A stretch of DNA of 64,000 bases from Botryllus schlosseri (Eukaryota), in the NCBI GenBank assembly GCA_051294905.1, contig CM119371.1, positions 8,682,001-8,746,000 of the forward strand, read 5' to 3'. Both the position numbers and the translations under genes were made by a program. This document shows, one piece after another, positions 26,112 through 37,649 of the stretch; within the stretch, counting starts at the first letter, position 1; the number at the start of each line of letters is the position of its first letter. Below the pieces are notes generated by a model, which had not been told where the DNA came from, ran no database searches, and worked only from the letters and a program-made list of their open reading frames with translations.

Positions 26112-29100
26112 CTACGGGCTACCATTGACCCGAAGCTCAGGGACCGTGTCGCGAGTAACATGCGTTAGAAGCCAAATGACCAATGCGATCATGAGAGGGG
26201 ATAAGCCAATCAACCCCAAGACAATACGCTTCTTCATCCTAGGCGATATCATTTCGTAGAGAGTGAAGCAGCATATCAGTCCCCAGAGTGTGAAGCAGCA
26301 TTCACCAACACACGTCCAACCAGGTCCATCATCGTTGATCATGTTGGGGTTAGCTCCCTCGTTATCACGGTTATCTTCTGGTAAATGGTCATCTGAAACA
26401 GTGACCCGGATGTTGGAAAACAGCAAGGTGGGGTCATTTCTACAGCGAGTCACCAGGCAAAATTCATAATTTGAATCTACTATCAGGATTATGAATTTAG
26501 CCAACACCACACATGCCATGAAGCCTATCAGAGAACTCGCGCGACACGAATGATCGACCCGAATATTAGTACCTACATATGTAGATTCAAAGTATTGGAT
26601 TCAATAATCGCATACCACACGCACGGAACCGCGCGTTCCAGCCGCCGTTATCAAAATGCACAAGATATTTTCACGTCCGATCAGTGTGTATGCAAGTCAA
26701 CGAATAAAAACGCTCCACAGTACAGGTAGTATCAACTTTTCTCGGTTCCCCGAAAGTCAGCATGTTTGCATTTCCTAATAACTGTCCCCAAGCACGTACA
26801 GTAGGCTATTTATCTCCCTGCGATTCTGGTAGCCGGCTGAAACTGGGCAGTCAGTTACCAGTATGAGATACCCTGGTTCCGAGTTCCATAGTCGATTCGA
26901 AGTATCAATTTAGCATTAAAACACCCCGAACAAATATTTCGAGCAACTTGGGAGTAAACGTTTGGCGTTCAGCCAAATCGCACAACTTACCTGATATCAG
27001 CCGAAACGGTCGGATATTCCAATGCACGCGATATCAACATCAATATTAGTCGAACTAGCGACCATCTACTTTAAAATCTGCCACACCGGTTGGACAGTCA
27101 TCGAAGAACACCACGGCGATGAAATTATTTTATGAATACCATTTACCATTGTGGCGACTAGTCGACGCCATTGCGCAGTCATCCTGTGAGCTTCCTGCTT
27201 CGTCTTTGATTGCCTTCTTGGCTTCGTCTTTGATCGTCTTCTTGGATAAAGTCTTGGATTTGACACCGTCCTCCAGAAAACCTGAATCATTGGGTTCCTC
27301 GTAGGGTCCAGACATTCCGTCTGTAACGATAGTAAAAGAAATACTATATTTACCGCCGTATGTTCAACGTTACCAATGTCGTATTCCTGGCATCCAGGCA
27401 AGGATATTCTGACGCTTTTGTGCGTGCACCAAGGGAAAATATCTGGCACACTTCGGGAAAATAGTGTATTCTCATCAGAAAATAGCTATCCGATATAGGA
27501 ACCTACCTCACGATTATACGGAAGTATAATGCGAACTATTTTACCACAACTGATGCTCGACAAATTAGAAGACGTCGAATAGAGCATGAAGGAAGGCGCG
27601 CACGTATGTAACGTAGGCAGGTCGGATTTACAACAAATGCTTTACGCGACCGCCATTTCCACAAATTAGTCAAAAGATTATAAGTAGGGCCATTCAAAGT
27701 CATTGTCATTCTTTTCCATGTCATTTTTTCTATGTATCAGTAAGTCGAACAATTTTAACGCAAAAACACGTCGTGAAACCAATTTTAAAGCAAAAACCAG
27801 ATCCCCACGAGGTATATTACGAAAGTTTTAGTCTTATAAAGTCATATTTTACTAGTTAGATCGTATACCAGCCTTTCAAGTAATAAGATCGTCTCTGGAG
27901 CACTCATCACCCATACTTGTTTTGATCGTCTCTGTGGAGCGCTCATTCTCCTTACTGAAGTCATTAATACGTCCAAATCGTACTACAAACACTATTTACA
28001 TTTCTAAAGTCGTTATACGTCCAAATCGTAACTTCAAACACTGTTTACATTCCACACTGCTACAACAGTGGTTTGAAATGAAAATGGATGTGTATTGCTG
28101 TTATGTTGCGTGTGTTTTAATATTTTAGTTCCATGAGTGGCGTTGTTCGCATGTAAAAATACATGATCTTCACATGCAAAAATACATCATTTTAACATGT
28201 AAAAATGCATGGAGTTTCACAGAAGTCATATAAAGTCATATTTTCCAAAAATTTAGTCATATTATCGATTTTTGAAGGTCTTACAAAATTTGCCCGAATT
28301 AATAGTATGAAAGATTGGACATGTAAAAGACAGACGAAAATGTCAATTGATAACGCTGATGACTAACTTTCAGTTATGGTATAAGTAAACATTATTTTTG
28401 TCACAAAGAAATGCTGTTCAGCCGCTGACAAGTCCAGCGAGATATTATATAGTCACACTGAGATCGCGGATTTCGAATTCTGTAGAAGTTCTATTTTCGT
28501 GAATCGCCTTTTTGGGTGTCGATGATCTTTTCTGTAAAATGTAGGCGGGTAATGGAATCCATTGGCATAAAACCACAGGATAATGGGTAAGTATTTCAGT
28601 AGATGGCCCTCTGCTTTCAGAAAGATTTTTAAATACGCAAGCAAACGAGCATACATACACTGGCGTGTCATTTCTTGGTCTTCATACCTCACGAGCTCAG
28701 GGATGAGAAATGACGAGGTAGCAACTTGGACTCAAGTCGCAAGTAATGACGTCGAAATGTCAGTGTCGACAATTTAACGGTATATTAGCAGACTTCACCC
28801 ATTGGATATGTGCCTCTGTATTAAGGAGGGAGCTAGTATACGCGCCTCTGCAGTAAGCACAGGTCAACATAAAATAGACTACCACGGCATGGACATCTGC
28901 CTATCAATGGCAAGCGTCAGAATGCAAACGAGGAGCGGCCAACAACTTCCTGAAAACGTTTGCGAAGATCTATAGCGTCACGGAGTTATTGACGACAATG
29001 ATCGACGTTGAAATCGTATATCGATATGATGTTGAACGTAACGACCACTCCCACCAGCAACATGCACCTACAATATCGCCGAAGATAAAAGATAAATTAC

Positions 29101-31700
29101 CGATAGTATCTAAATTACCGATAGTATCTTTCCTATTCTTCTCGGGCAGGTCTCCGTAAAAGACGTTCATATCATGCGGTCCTGAGTTGTTGTCCTTCGC
29201 AGATCCCACAGGCAGGCGTACGACTTTCTCATCGGTTTGGTTACGGGGTGATTCATCCAAAACCATCTCTATAAGAAGGCGTTTGAGCAATTTTAGCAAT
29301 TGTAACTTTCCTTGGGTGCTTGGCATATCCACGACTCAAAATGAGCTTGCATGAAATTTGACTACGCGCTATACAAATGAAATTGCTGGTCGAAACGGAA
29401 CGGGATTATCTATACCTACATACGATTTTTCGTGTTGTTGCGAAAATGGCATCTTTCAACATCGAACAACGTTAAACTATCGATGAATGATTCCCTGACG
29501 AATCAAACCTGTTACCAGTTATTCTACCGAACAACATATGCAACTAAAACTTTGCACCAATGCTGGAAATATATACTGAATGTCGTACCAAGATAGATGT
29601 CTGGATTTATGAAGGATCCGTCACCGGAGACTGGTCCCAGACTACCACAGTAAATCTTGATGGCAGATTGCTTCATGGAGCTCCCTGCTTCGTCGTTGAT
29701 TGCCTTCTTCAAACGGCTTTCGGATTTAACCTCGTCGTCCAGAAATCCTGAATCATTGGGTTCCTCGTAGGGACCAGAAATTCCGTCTGTAGCGATAGCA
29801 AAAGCGAGACCATTTACCAATGCATCTTGCAACGTTGGTAATGTGGTATTCCTTGCACCCAGACGAGGAGGAAGCTGTGTGTACTCGTACTTGGTGGACA
29901 ATCAACGTAAGACTATCGGCTCAATCCGAGCATTTGTGGATACACGCCTAGTGAAAATGGCGCATTCACGTCAGAAAATGGGTTCGGAAGCTACCTCACA
30001 TTTATACGGTGAGAAGTAGAAAGTAACACACATTTTAACCCAACTGATGCTTTGACAAATTAGAATGACCTAAGATTGAGTATGAAGGAACGTGGGCACG
30101 TATGAAGGTATGTATATTCACGTAGGACGGTTGGATTTACACGACACGCTTTACACTGCAGCAATATCCGCAAATTAGTCAAGAGAATACAAGTACCGAG
30201 GGATTGAATAAGTTCATGAACTCAAACCGTGCAGTTTAAGTAAGTATAACAATATTTTGAACATATAACGAAATGCCGTTCAGCCTCTGACAAGTCCAGC
30301 GAGATATTCTATTCGCTGAAATGTGATCGTGTCGCTTAAATATGAGCGTGTCATAGAATGGATTGGTATTAAACCAGAGGGTACTGTGAAAAGTATTTCA
30401 GTATATGGCCTGGTGCTTTCAGAAAATAGTTTCAAATACGCTGGCAAACGAGCATACATACAGCCCCGTGCCGTGTATTTCCCGTTTCAAATATGCTGGC
30501 AAACGAGCATACATACAGCCGCGTGTCGTGTATTTCCCGGTCTTCATATACCATACGATCTCAGGCATCACCTTTACCACGCGACATATTTATTATCGAT
30601 GGTGACGAAGTCGAAATAAACGATGTCGAAAACCAGTATCGACATTTTAAGGCTTACTGGGACACTTCACCCACCGGATATGTGTCTCTGCATGAAGGAA
30701 TATTAGACACCCGCCGCTGCAGGAAACTCCGGTCACCAAAATATAGACTACCACGGCATGGCAATATGCCTATCAATGCGTATCTGGAGCAAAGAGTCGT
30801 AATGCAAACGAAGAGCGGCCAACAACTTCCTAGAACCGTTTGCCAAGATCTAGCGCCACGGACATTGTAATTCTAGATGGAGATGGTATGGAACGTGACG
30901 ACAACTCCCACCACTAACATGCACTCTCAATTTCGCCTTAGAAAGAAAACTAAATTGGCGATACCATCTTTCTGATTCTTGTCAAGCAGATCTCCGTAAA
31001 ACACGTTCATACCCTGCGGTCCAGAGTTGTTGTCCTTCATAGATCCCGCAGGCAGGTGTACGATTTCCTCATCGGTTTGGTTACGGGGCGATTCATCCAA
31101 AAGCATCTCTGTGAAGCAAAGGTTTGTACGATTTCAGCAATCGCAACTTCGCGGATGGCTTGGCATATCCACGCCCCGAATAAATGTATGCATTAAATCT
31201 GAATACGCGCTTTGAAGGAAATTGCTAGTCCAAGAGATCGGGGTCATATATACATGATCTTTCGCGTAATTGCGAAAATGGAATCTTGCAACTATACGAC
31301 GACACCGGCAGTTGCTTGTTTGTGGTATTCATGGTGTTTGTCGACTACTATGGTCATTTACACCAGCAATTTTATTCCGTAACACCGGCATATCAGCCTA
31401 CATGATCGAATGGATATAGTGAAAGAACTGTTCAAGGGAGTTCAACTCTATTGGAATCCAGAAATAGCACGCGAAGTGGATAAGTCACAGTTCATGACAT
31501 CAGATATTCGACAGTGCAGACACCACGTTATTGTACCGAACAAGATCAACAAGTATAACGTTACACCCAGACTGGAAGTCTATTCCAAATGTCTCACCAT
31601 CATCGTTATCCGGATTATTGAAGGATCCGTCACCGGGGCCTTGTCCAAGATTACCAGGGTAAAGCTTGCCGGCAGTTTGCTTCTTGGAGCTGATTGACAT
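26112..31700 (-). CDS. Paralog 2: fused/internally duplicated member with exon order A-B-C/A-B'-C-D, two ITIM exons, ~349 aa
   Basis: A 31700-31598 (MSISSKKQTAGKLYPGNLGQGPGDGSFNNPDNDD, G|gtgaga). B 31108-30965 (EMLLDESPRNQTDEEIVHLPAGSMKDNNSGPQGMNVFYGDLLDKNQKD). Chimeric C/A 29786-29589 (DGISGPYEEPNDSGFLDD...DEAGSS|MKQSAIKIYCGSLGPVSGDGSFINPDIYL). B' 29268-29119 (...NVFYGDLPEKNRKDTI, shifted donor G|gtaatt). C 27320-27147. D 26392-26112 (Cys cluster, RMKKR, TM IVLGLIGLSPLMIALVIWLL). All internal exons are multiples of 3, phase 1, with no stops. Confidence 0.75.
27684..28295 (+). mobile_element. DNA transposon relic with hAT-like C-terminal fragment in intron of paralog 2
   Basis: Peptide SVERSFSLLKSLIRPNR (27930-27985), AAGTCAT subterminal repeats; absent from the equivalent intron of other copies. 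Confidence 0.5.
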
Positions 31701-32272
31701 TCCTTTTGCTCCTAACGGATTATCCACTACAATCGATACTTACTGTTAAAAATATGATCAGAACTTCAACTACGACCGGGGTTTTGACTCCCACGGTCAT
31801 AGCCTGCAAATATACACGTCACGATAACACATTTTCCAGCTCTTGATAACCGGAGCACCGCAAACCTGCTAAAAGAAGAATGTTAGTGGAATGCCAACAT
31901 CGATGGCAGTAGGCATATAGGAAACCAGACGGACATGGTTGATGATTAGAAGACGACCAATTAAACACTGATTACTGCAAGAGACAATCGCTGTTTTGCG
32001 ACGGTGATATTTCAATTAAACTCTCCATTGTCCTCTCCTAACCAAGGTATCGCTGTCTAGCGCCCACTCCTTGGTGGTCAACTGATATTTACGGTACAAC
32101 GATGAGATAACTGAATTCCGGGTACAATATCAATTGTAGTCAGACTCAAACAGCTAGAGTCTATGTTTCGGACAATTGAAATTATTACTGGGCTTTCATT
32201 TATTAAAATTATATTCAAGATAAACTTCAGAAGCCTAATATACAGATGCAATTTCTCATTAGGCCTATACAA

Positions 32273-32580
32273 TCATCATCATTGGTTTATTAGCAATTTT
32301 ATCAGTTCAATACACCACAAAAAATGCGATACAATGAATAGACAGGAAGATGTCGAAGCGACTTGGATTTGTCGATGGAATCAGACACCCACCTTGGCCT
32401 AGGCGATGTAAAGAGGAGGCATGCACACTGAATGAAAGTAAAGAAGACAGCATAGAAAAAGAAAGCGACAAGAATAGGGCGGCATGTCATGGGAAGCGAT
32501 ATCGATAGGTCAGTCGTGGTCCGGTAATATTGAGGATGGACTGTATTTATTTATTAGTAATTGCTTGTATTTCGACAAAT
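32273..32580 (-). mobile_element. 5'-truncated CR1/L2-clade LINE 3' end
   Basis: Near-identical to 62010-62315, with a (CAT)n tail. Confidence 0.75.
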
Positions 32581-34176
32581 GATCATACATGGGGCGATTG
32601 CTGTAACAATGTCATATATTGCGATTACGACTACGATTACAGTAAAATCTCACAGTGTTCGATTACTATTACTAACATGAATACATGGAAGAGTAATAAC
32701 GAACATTCACAATTAAACTTTTACGCCCCTTCGAACTCGCGACGGGCACATGTATTCAAAGATCTATTATTACCTGGTCCTTGGAGCACGTGAAAACAAT
32801 AAACTGTTACAAGTCCAGCTCCGGCTCCCTGACGACAAACACTCAGCAACTCAACTATCGTTTCAAATACATTCACAAACAAAACATTATATTCAATGAA
32901 CACGAAAAATTTATTTCTACACAGAGAAGTATTGAAATAACAATCGTAAGAAGATAAAGAAGTTACGATATTTCCTCTATCAAGTCTTCTTTCATAGTAG
33001 TAGACTAATAGAATCCGATGAAATAAATCAAACACGGAGATATTTTTAAAACAACTGGAGCAAGCTCCTGCTCCAAATGCATTGCAATTTGACGTATACC
33101 TCCGACTCCAGCTACATATCCAGTACAGATCTAAGTATGGTACTTTTTCAGCAATCAACTATAAACAATATATTACTTTGTAATCTATTTGAATCCCATG
33201 AATCCCACAACCCGTGAAAATAAGCACCTGAAAATTATTCGAATTACGATAAATGTACTATTGTAAAGTATGCTGTAATGAAAGCAATTTTCGAGACACG
33301 TCTCAGTTGACAATAATTTAAATATGCACAATATATTACACACACAGCGAATGCTATCAAGTATTTCGGTTGCATGAGTTCGCCACACCGTCTTTAGGGT
33401 GGGGTTCCCATATTTTCGTGACCCATATTCCAGACACTTTTTGGCGCCTACTGGCGGATTTTAAAATGAGGTATGAACACATGCGACGTCACAATAACAA
33501 TACTTTGCCTATCGACTGTATGTATACAGGAGGGGAATTTTAACATGGGTCGGTGATTCACCAACCTATTGCGCCATCGCTACAATATGTGTGTTTTGCA
33601 GCCCTGCTATAGTAGTTAGATGTAGATAGGTGGTTATGTGTTGCAGCCAGGACCGAAACAACACTTTTAAGCTAATTTCCGCCCCAAAAAACACTGGTCC
33701 GGAGCCCATCATAGGGTGATCGATGGATCTTCTAGTTGCTTACTATATGTATCTGGTTTCTATCTGCATCTCGTTATTAAATTTTGTGTATGAATTCTGT
33801 TAATAATACTCATTCTTCCATATATCGCACTATAAATATTTTATCCTCTCTCAGCTCACGTGATCAAAGTTAGCGGTAGGGCTGGTTCAGGTTTCGTATA
33901 ATATGTTTCCTTCCAATTTTCGTATTGACAAAATAACGATGGGATTATTTGAAATTAAAACCACGCATGAATGAATGAATGTGAAAACCAATGGTTGTTA
34001 AACGTAGTTTCGACCCATGACCCGGCTTCATAACGTAAAAGCTTTTCAATTTTGCATCCGCACCATTTCTGTTCTGTTCTTAGACACCATGAATCAGTGG
34101 TTCTTAACAATTTTTCCTGCAGTGCCCCTGCAGCACCCAATATTTAAAGGCGGCAGTAAAAACAAGGGGTAAGAGA

Positions 34177-35443
34177 CAGGGCCGTAACAGCACTTCGTCA
34201 CCCCCCCAAAAAAAACGTTGTTCTTGGGCGCCTCATATGGTGATAAACCGAAATTCTGGAGACCTCCGCCCCCCAGACCCCTCAGGCTGTACGCTATTCA
34301 ACGTTAGTTAACTGCTACATTGGGTGTCCATTTGTGCGTCAGCTTTTCTCGCCCAAATGCGCGAGGCGCGATCAATTTCTATAATTCATGACTGAATCGA
34401 TAAATATGATCGGTAATTGCAAATATATTGCAATCAAGCTTTATCCTCTCTCTGCTCACGTAATCTCATTTACCGGGAGAGCTGAGTGAGGTGTGTTTGA
34501 AAAGGTAGGACCCCTCAATAATAATTATACATCTCCGGGGGTATATCCGTCGGCAGGAACGGAACAGCACTTCGTCAGCCCCCCACCCCCACCCCATCAC
34601 GTTGTTTGCTTTTGCCACGAAATTATATATGTAATGATTAGCGAGCCAGCGCGAAGCGTGAAAATTTCGATAATTCATGATATAATCGGTCAATAAGATC
34701 GGGAATTACGTATATATTGCAATCAATTTATCGCCTTCTCTGCTCACGTAATCAGATTTACCGGTAGAGCTGAGTGAGGTGTCTTTGAAACTGTAGAGCC
34801 CGTAAATAATAATTGAACATCTTCGGGCGGGCGGACACGTTGGAATGACTTCGTTACATAATGTTATTTCGTGACCTCCTGTCTGCTATATCATAAAATA
34901 TAGAATCGCCAAACGTACTAAACTGAAAGATCACATGAGTTCAGATTGGTATGTCTTCAATGGCATATGATTTTTTCCTGTGGGATATGGTATTTGTCTT
35001 GTGAGGTTCAGATTGCCAAGGCGGGACCATTCGACGCCAGTCATTTAGACGCCTATATGATAATTAAACCTATTGTATATATTGGCTAACGAAGTTTTAG
35101 GTCAGCATAAGGGCAGCCTTTACGGCCAAGGTTTTCTCGCTGCCGATGGTCCGGGCAGACTTCTTGGAGTCGCATGTTACGTGACCTAAAACTTTATATG
35201 TCTTGGTGCGTTGTGGCGCGGTAATGGTCAACGACGATATGCCCATTTCTATAAATCTTGCGTTTTATTTCTTGGGGGAAGAGTGCCCAATAATCAAGAT
35301 ATTTGGCGACTTGAAATAGCGCCTGGCGCGAAAAATGTTTGAAAAAGTTGCATAATTTTCATAAAATACGAAATTATATTGGGCCTCCTTCGAGCTTGGG
35401 CCTCCCCAATTGAGGGGCTTGGGGTGCGGCAGTTACGGATCTG
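34177..35443 (+). mobile_element. hAT MITE, CAGGGCCGTAAC family
   Basis: TIR CAGGGCCGTAAC/GTTACGGATCTG, perfect TSD gtaagaga. Its internal modules recur inside 18730-20791, 22906-24384 and 60560-61388. Confidence 0.85.
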
Positions 35444-36584
35444 GTAAGAGATCAAAGTCCTGTCGGTCGCATCGGGTCGGGAGTTCGCGATTGGAAATAC
35501 CTTGAATCGCGCCCGAGGACCAGTTGACTAAGTAACACTTTGACAATTGTATGTGTCATATTCGTGATCAAATCAAGGTTGTTAAAACAACAATTGGAGA
35601 CGGGCTCATACCATCTGGCCGTTTAAATGTATTCCAAACGAAGCAAGCCATCTTATTCAACTTTCATGTCAGGTTGCGGGTCACAACACAAAACAGTATC
35701 ATACTTTATGATCCGATGAAGAAATATTTTGAAGATCAAATTTTGTAGCTCTCAAAAACAAGTTTATTAGGTTAATCATTTTGACCAAAAGCCTCGAAAC
35801 ATATTTAATGTACAAAGGGCGCATTTTGTTCGCCGCGGGCCTAAATGTACCTAGTTCGAAACCATATTTGTCAAATAATCCGACGTAGTGTGATGGTAGT
35901 ATTTTAACGCGGAATTGGTGATCTTAAAGTACGCGCAATTAATTTTACATCAATTATAATAAACCACTGAATACATGGAAACATGTTTCAAACATTGTCG
36001 GCATACATTTCGCTCGTAGCGCGATGAAAAATTTCGTGATTTGACAGATTTTGTCGATTGTTAAATTGCAATAAGAACTCGGGGATATATAGAACTTTTG
36101 TTCTACTATATACACATATACCCATACTTCACCCTCTACTGCGACATCGTTTTACTTCAGCGCCCCCATACCACCCCCTGAGCTCAGCGCCCCCCATATC
36201 GCCCCATGAACGTTACACTGCTTTATATCCGATATTGTCGCATGTCATGCCATGTCAAAGTAATCGAAATTCATGGGTTAGTGAGTACAAAAAAAAAACA
36301 TTTTAAAAATTGTTTAGCTTTGCGATCGGGGTTTCACTTTTGATGTACTTAATTTTGTGGCATTCAGAATACCAAACGAATTCCTAAATTTATTTGTAAA
36401 ACCGAGACCTAGAGGATGACTATGTGTTGATTTGACTTGTAATTACGCGTAACAAACCATTCACATCTTTGCGACAGCAAATGTCATGAGCCAATAAGAC
36501 TATAGAGTGCGTCTTCCTCTCTGCAGTTATTTTGCCATCATCTGCCAACTAATTTTATTGGTTTAATTGTGATGTTACGGATTT

Positions 36585-36682
36585 CTGTCACAATCATGTT
36601 GCATGGTTTTGTTCTGTCGTCACAATCATGTTGCATGGTTTTGTTCTGTCGTCACAATCATGTTGCATGGTTTTGTTCTGTC
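36585..36682. repeat. 31-bp tandem repeat x~3 (GTCACAATCATGTTGCATGGTTTTGTTCTGTC-like)
   Basis: Directly visible; a single related copy occurs at ~25170-25210 in the paralog 2 unit. Confidence 0.85.
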
Positions 36683-37074
36683 AAAGCATTGTTGATGCAT
36701 AGTTCAATTTGCGCGCGAGTGTTTTTTCGTAATCCATTAGATAAACAATGTAGTTGATACGGTTATGCGACTCATCCGGATATTTGGGGTTCCGCGAAGC
36801 AAGCCATATAGATTAGCGTCGGTGCTATACAGGTCAGTTAGTAATAACAGAGAAACGTCGCTCTTCGTGAAATGCGTTTTCAATAATGTATCAGTCAAAA
36901 TTTCGCTCATGAAAAACTTGATTCAAATATTTTGTACCACCAGGCGCAGTCGTGTTATAGGACTGCATTTCAAATCCAATCTTCTGCACAGCTGTTTCTG
37001 CACAGCTGTGTGTCAACCCGAATACGTCACATCACGACATTTCATAACAAACGCCATGAATACACAACTGCACC

Positions 37075-37080
37075 TTTATT
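37075..37080 (-). terminator. Polyadenylation signal (AATAAA) of paralog 3
   Basis: Same conserved context as 25608 and 53745. Confidence 0.6.
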
Positions 37081-37649
37081 GGAAATACACGCCACAAAAA
37101 CTGACATCGACAGTGAAAAATATTCAGATTCACAAAGTGGTCGGCAATGTTTGATTAGCTAAAAGTACATCCGCGAGAGCAAGATCGTTTGCATTACAAC
37201 TTGGGAGATTGCTGTTTGAGAAATATTCCGATATTGATCGACGACACTCTGTCAGACTGATCAAAAATGTCGTTAAAATACAATCTTTACAATTGAGCAT
37301 TACAACTTGGGAATTTGGTGTTTGAAAAATATTCCGATAATAATCGACGACACTCTGTCAAGTGATCAAAAATGTCGTTCATATACAATCATTACAATTA
37401 TGATGGTTGAGATCACGCACAAATATTAAATTACGTGTAAAATAATCCACAGAAGGAAATTGACGCCAATATTTCAGACTGATCAAAAATCACGTTCAAA
37501 AACAATGTATCCGGACAATCATCAGAAATACTCAATTATTACAATGGTCGAGATCACATACAAATATTGAATTACGTCAAAAACAGTTCAGGTGCGTACA
37601 ACACAGATAGCGCATTATGTCCAGGCGCTCATTCACGATACCTTCGACG

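Noticed and set aside
30323..30870. Plus-strand ORFs recurring in each repeat unit (also 40854-41331, 28583-28777)
   Set aside because: They lie in intron B-C; stops and frames differ between copies, so the similarity reflects segmental duplication.
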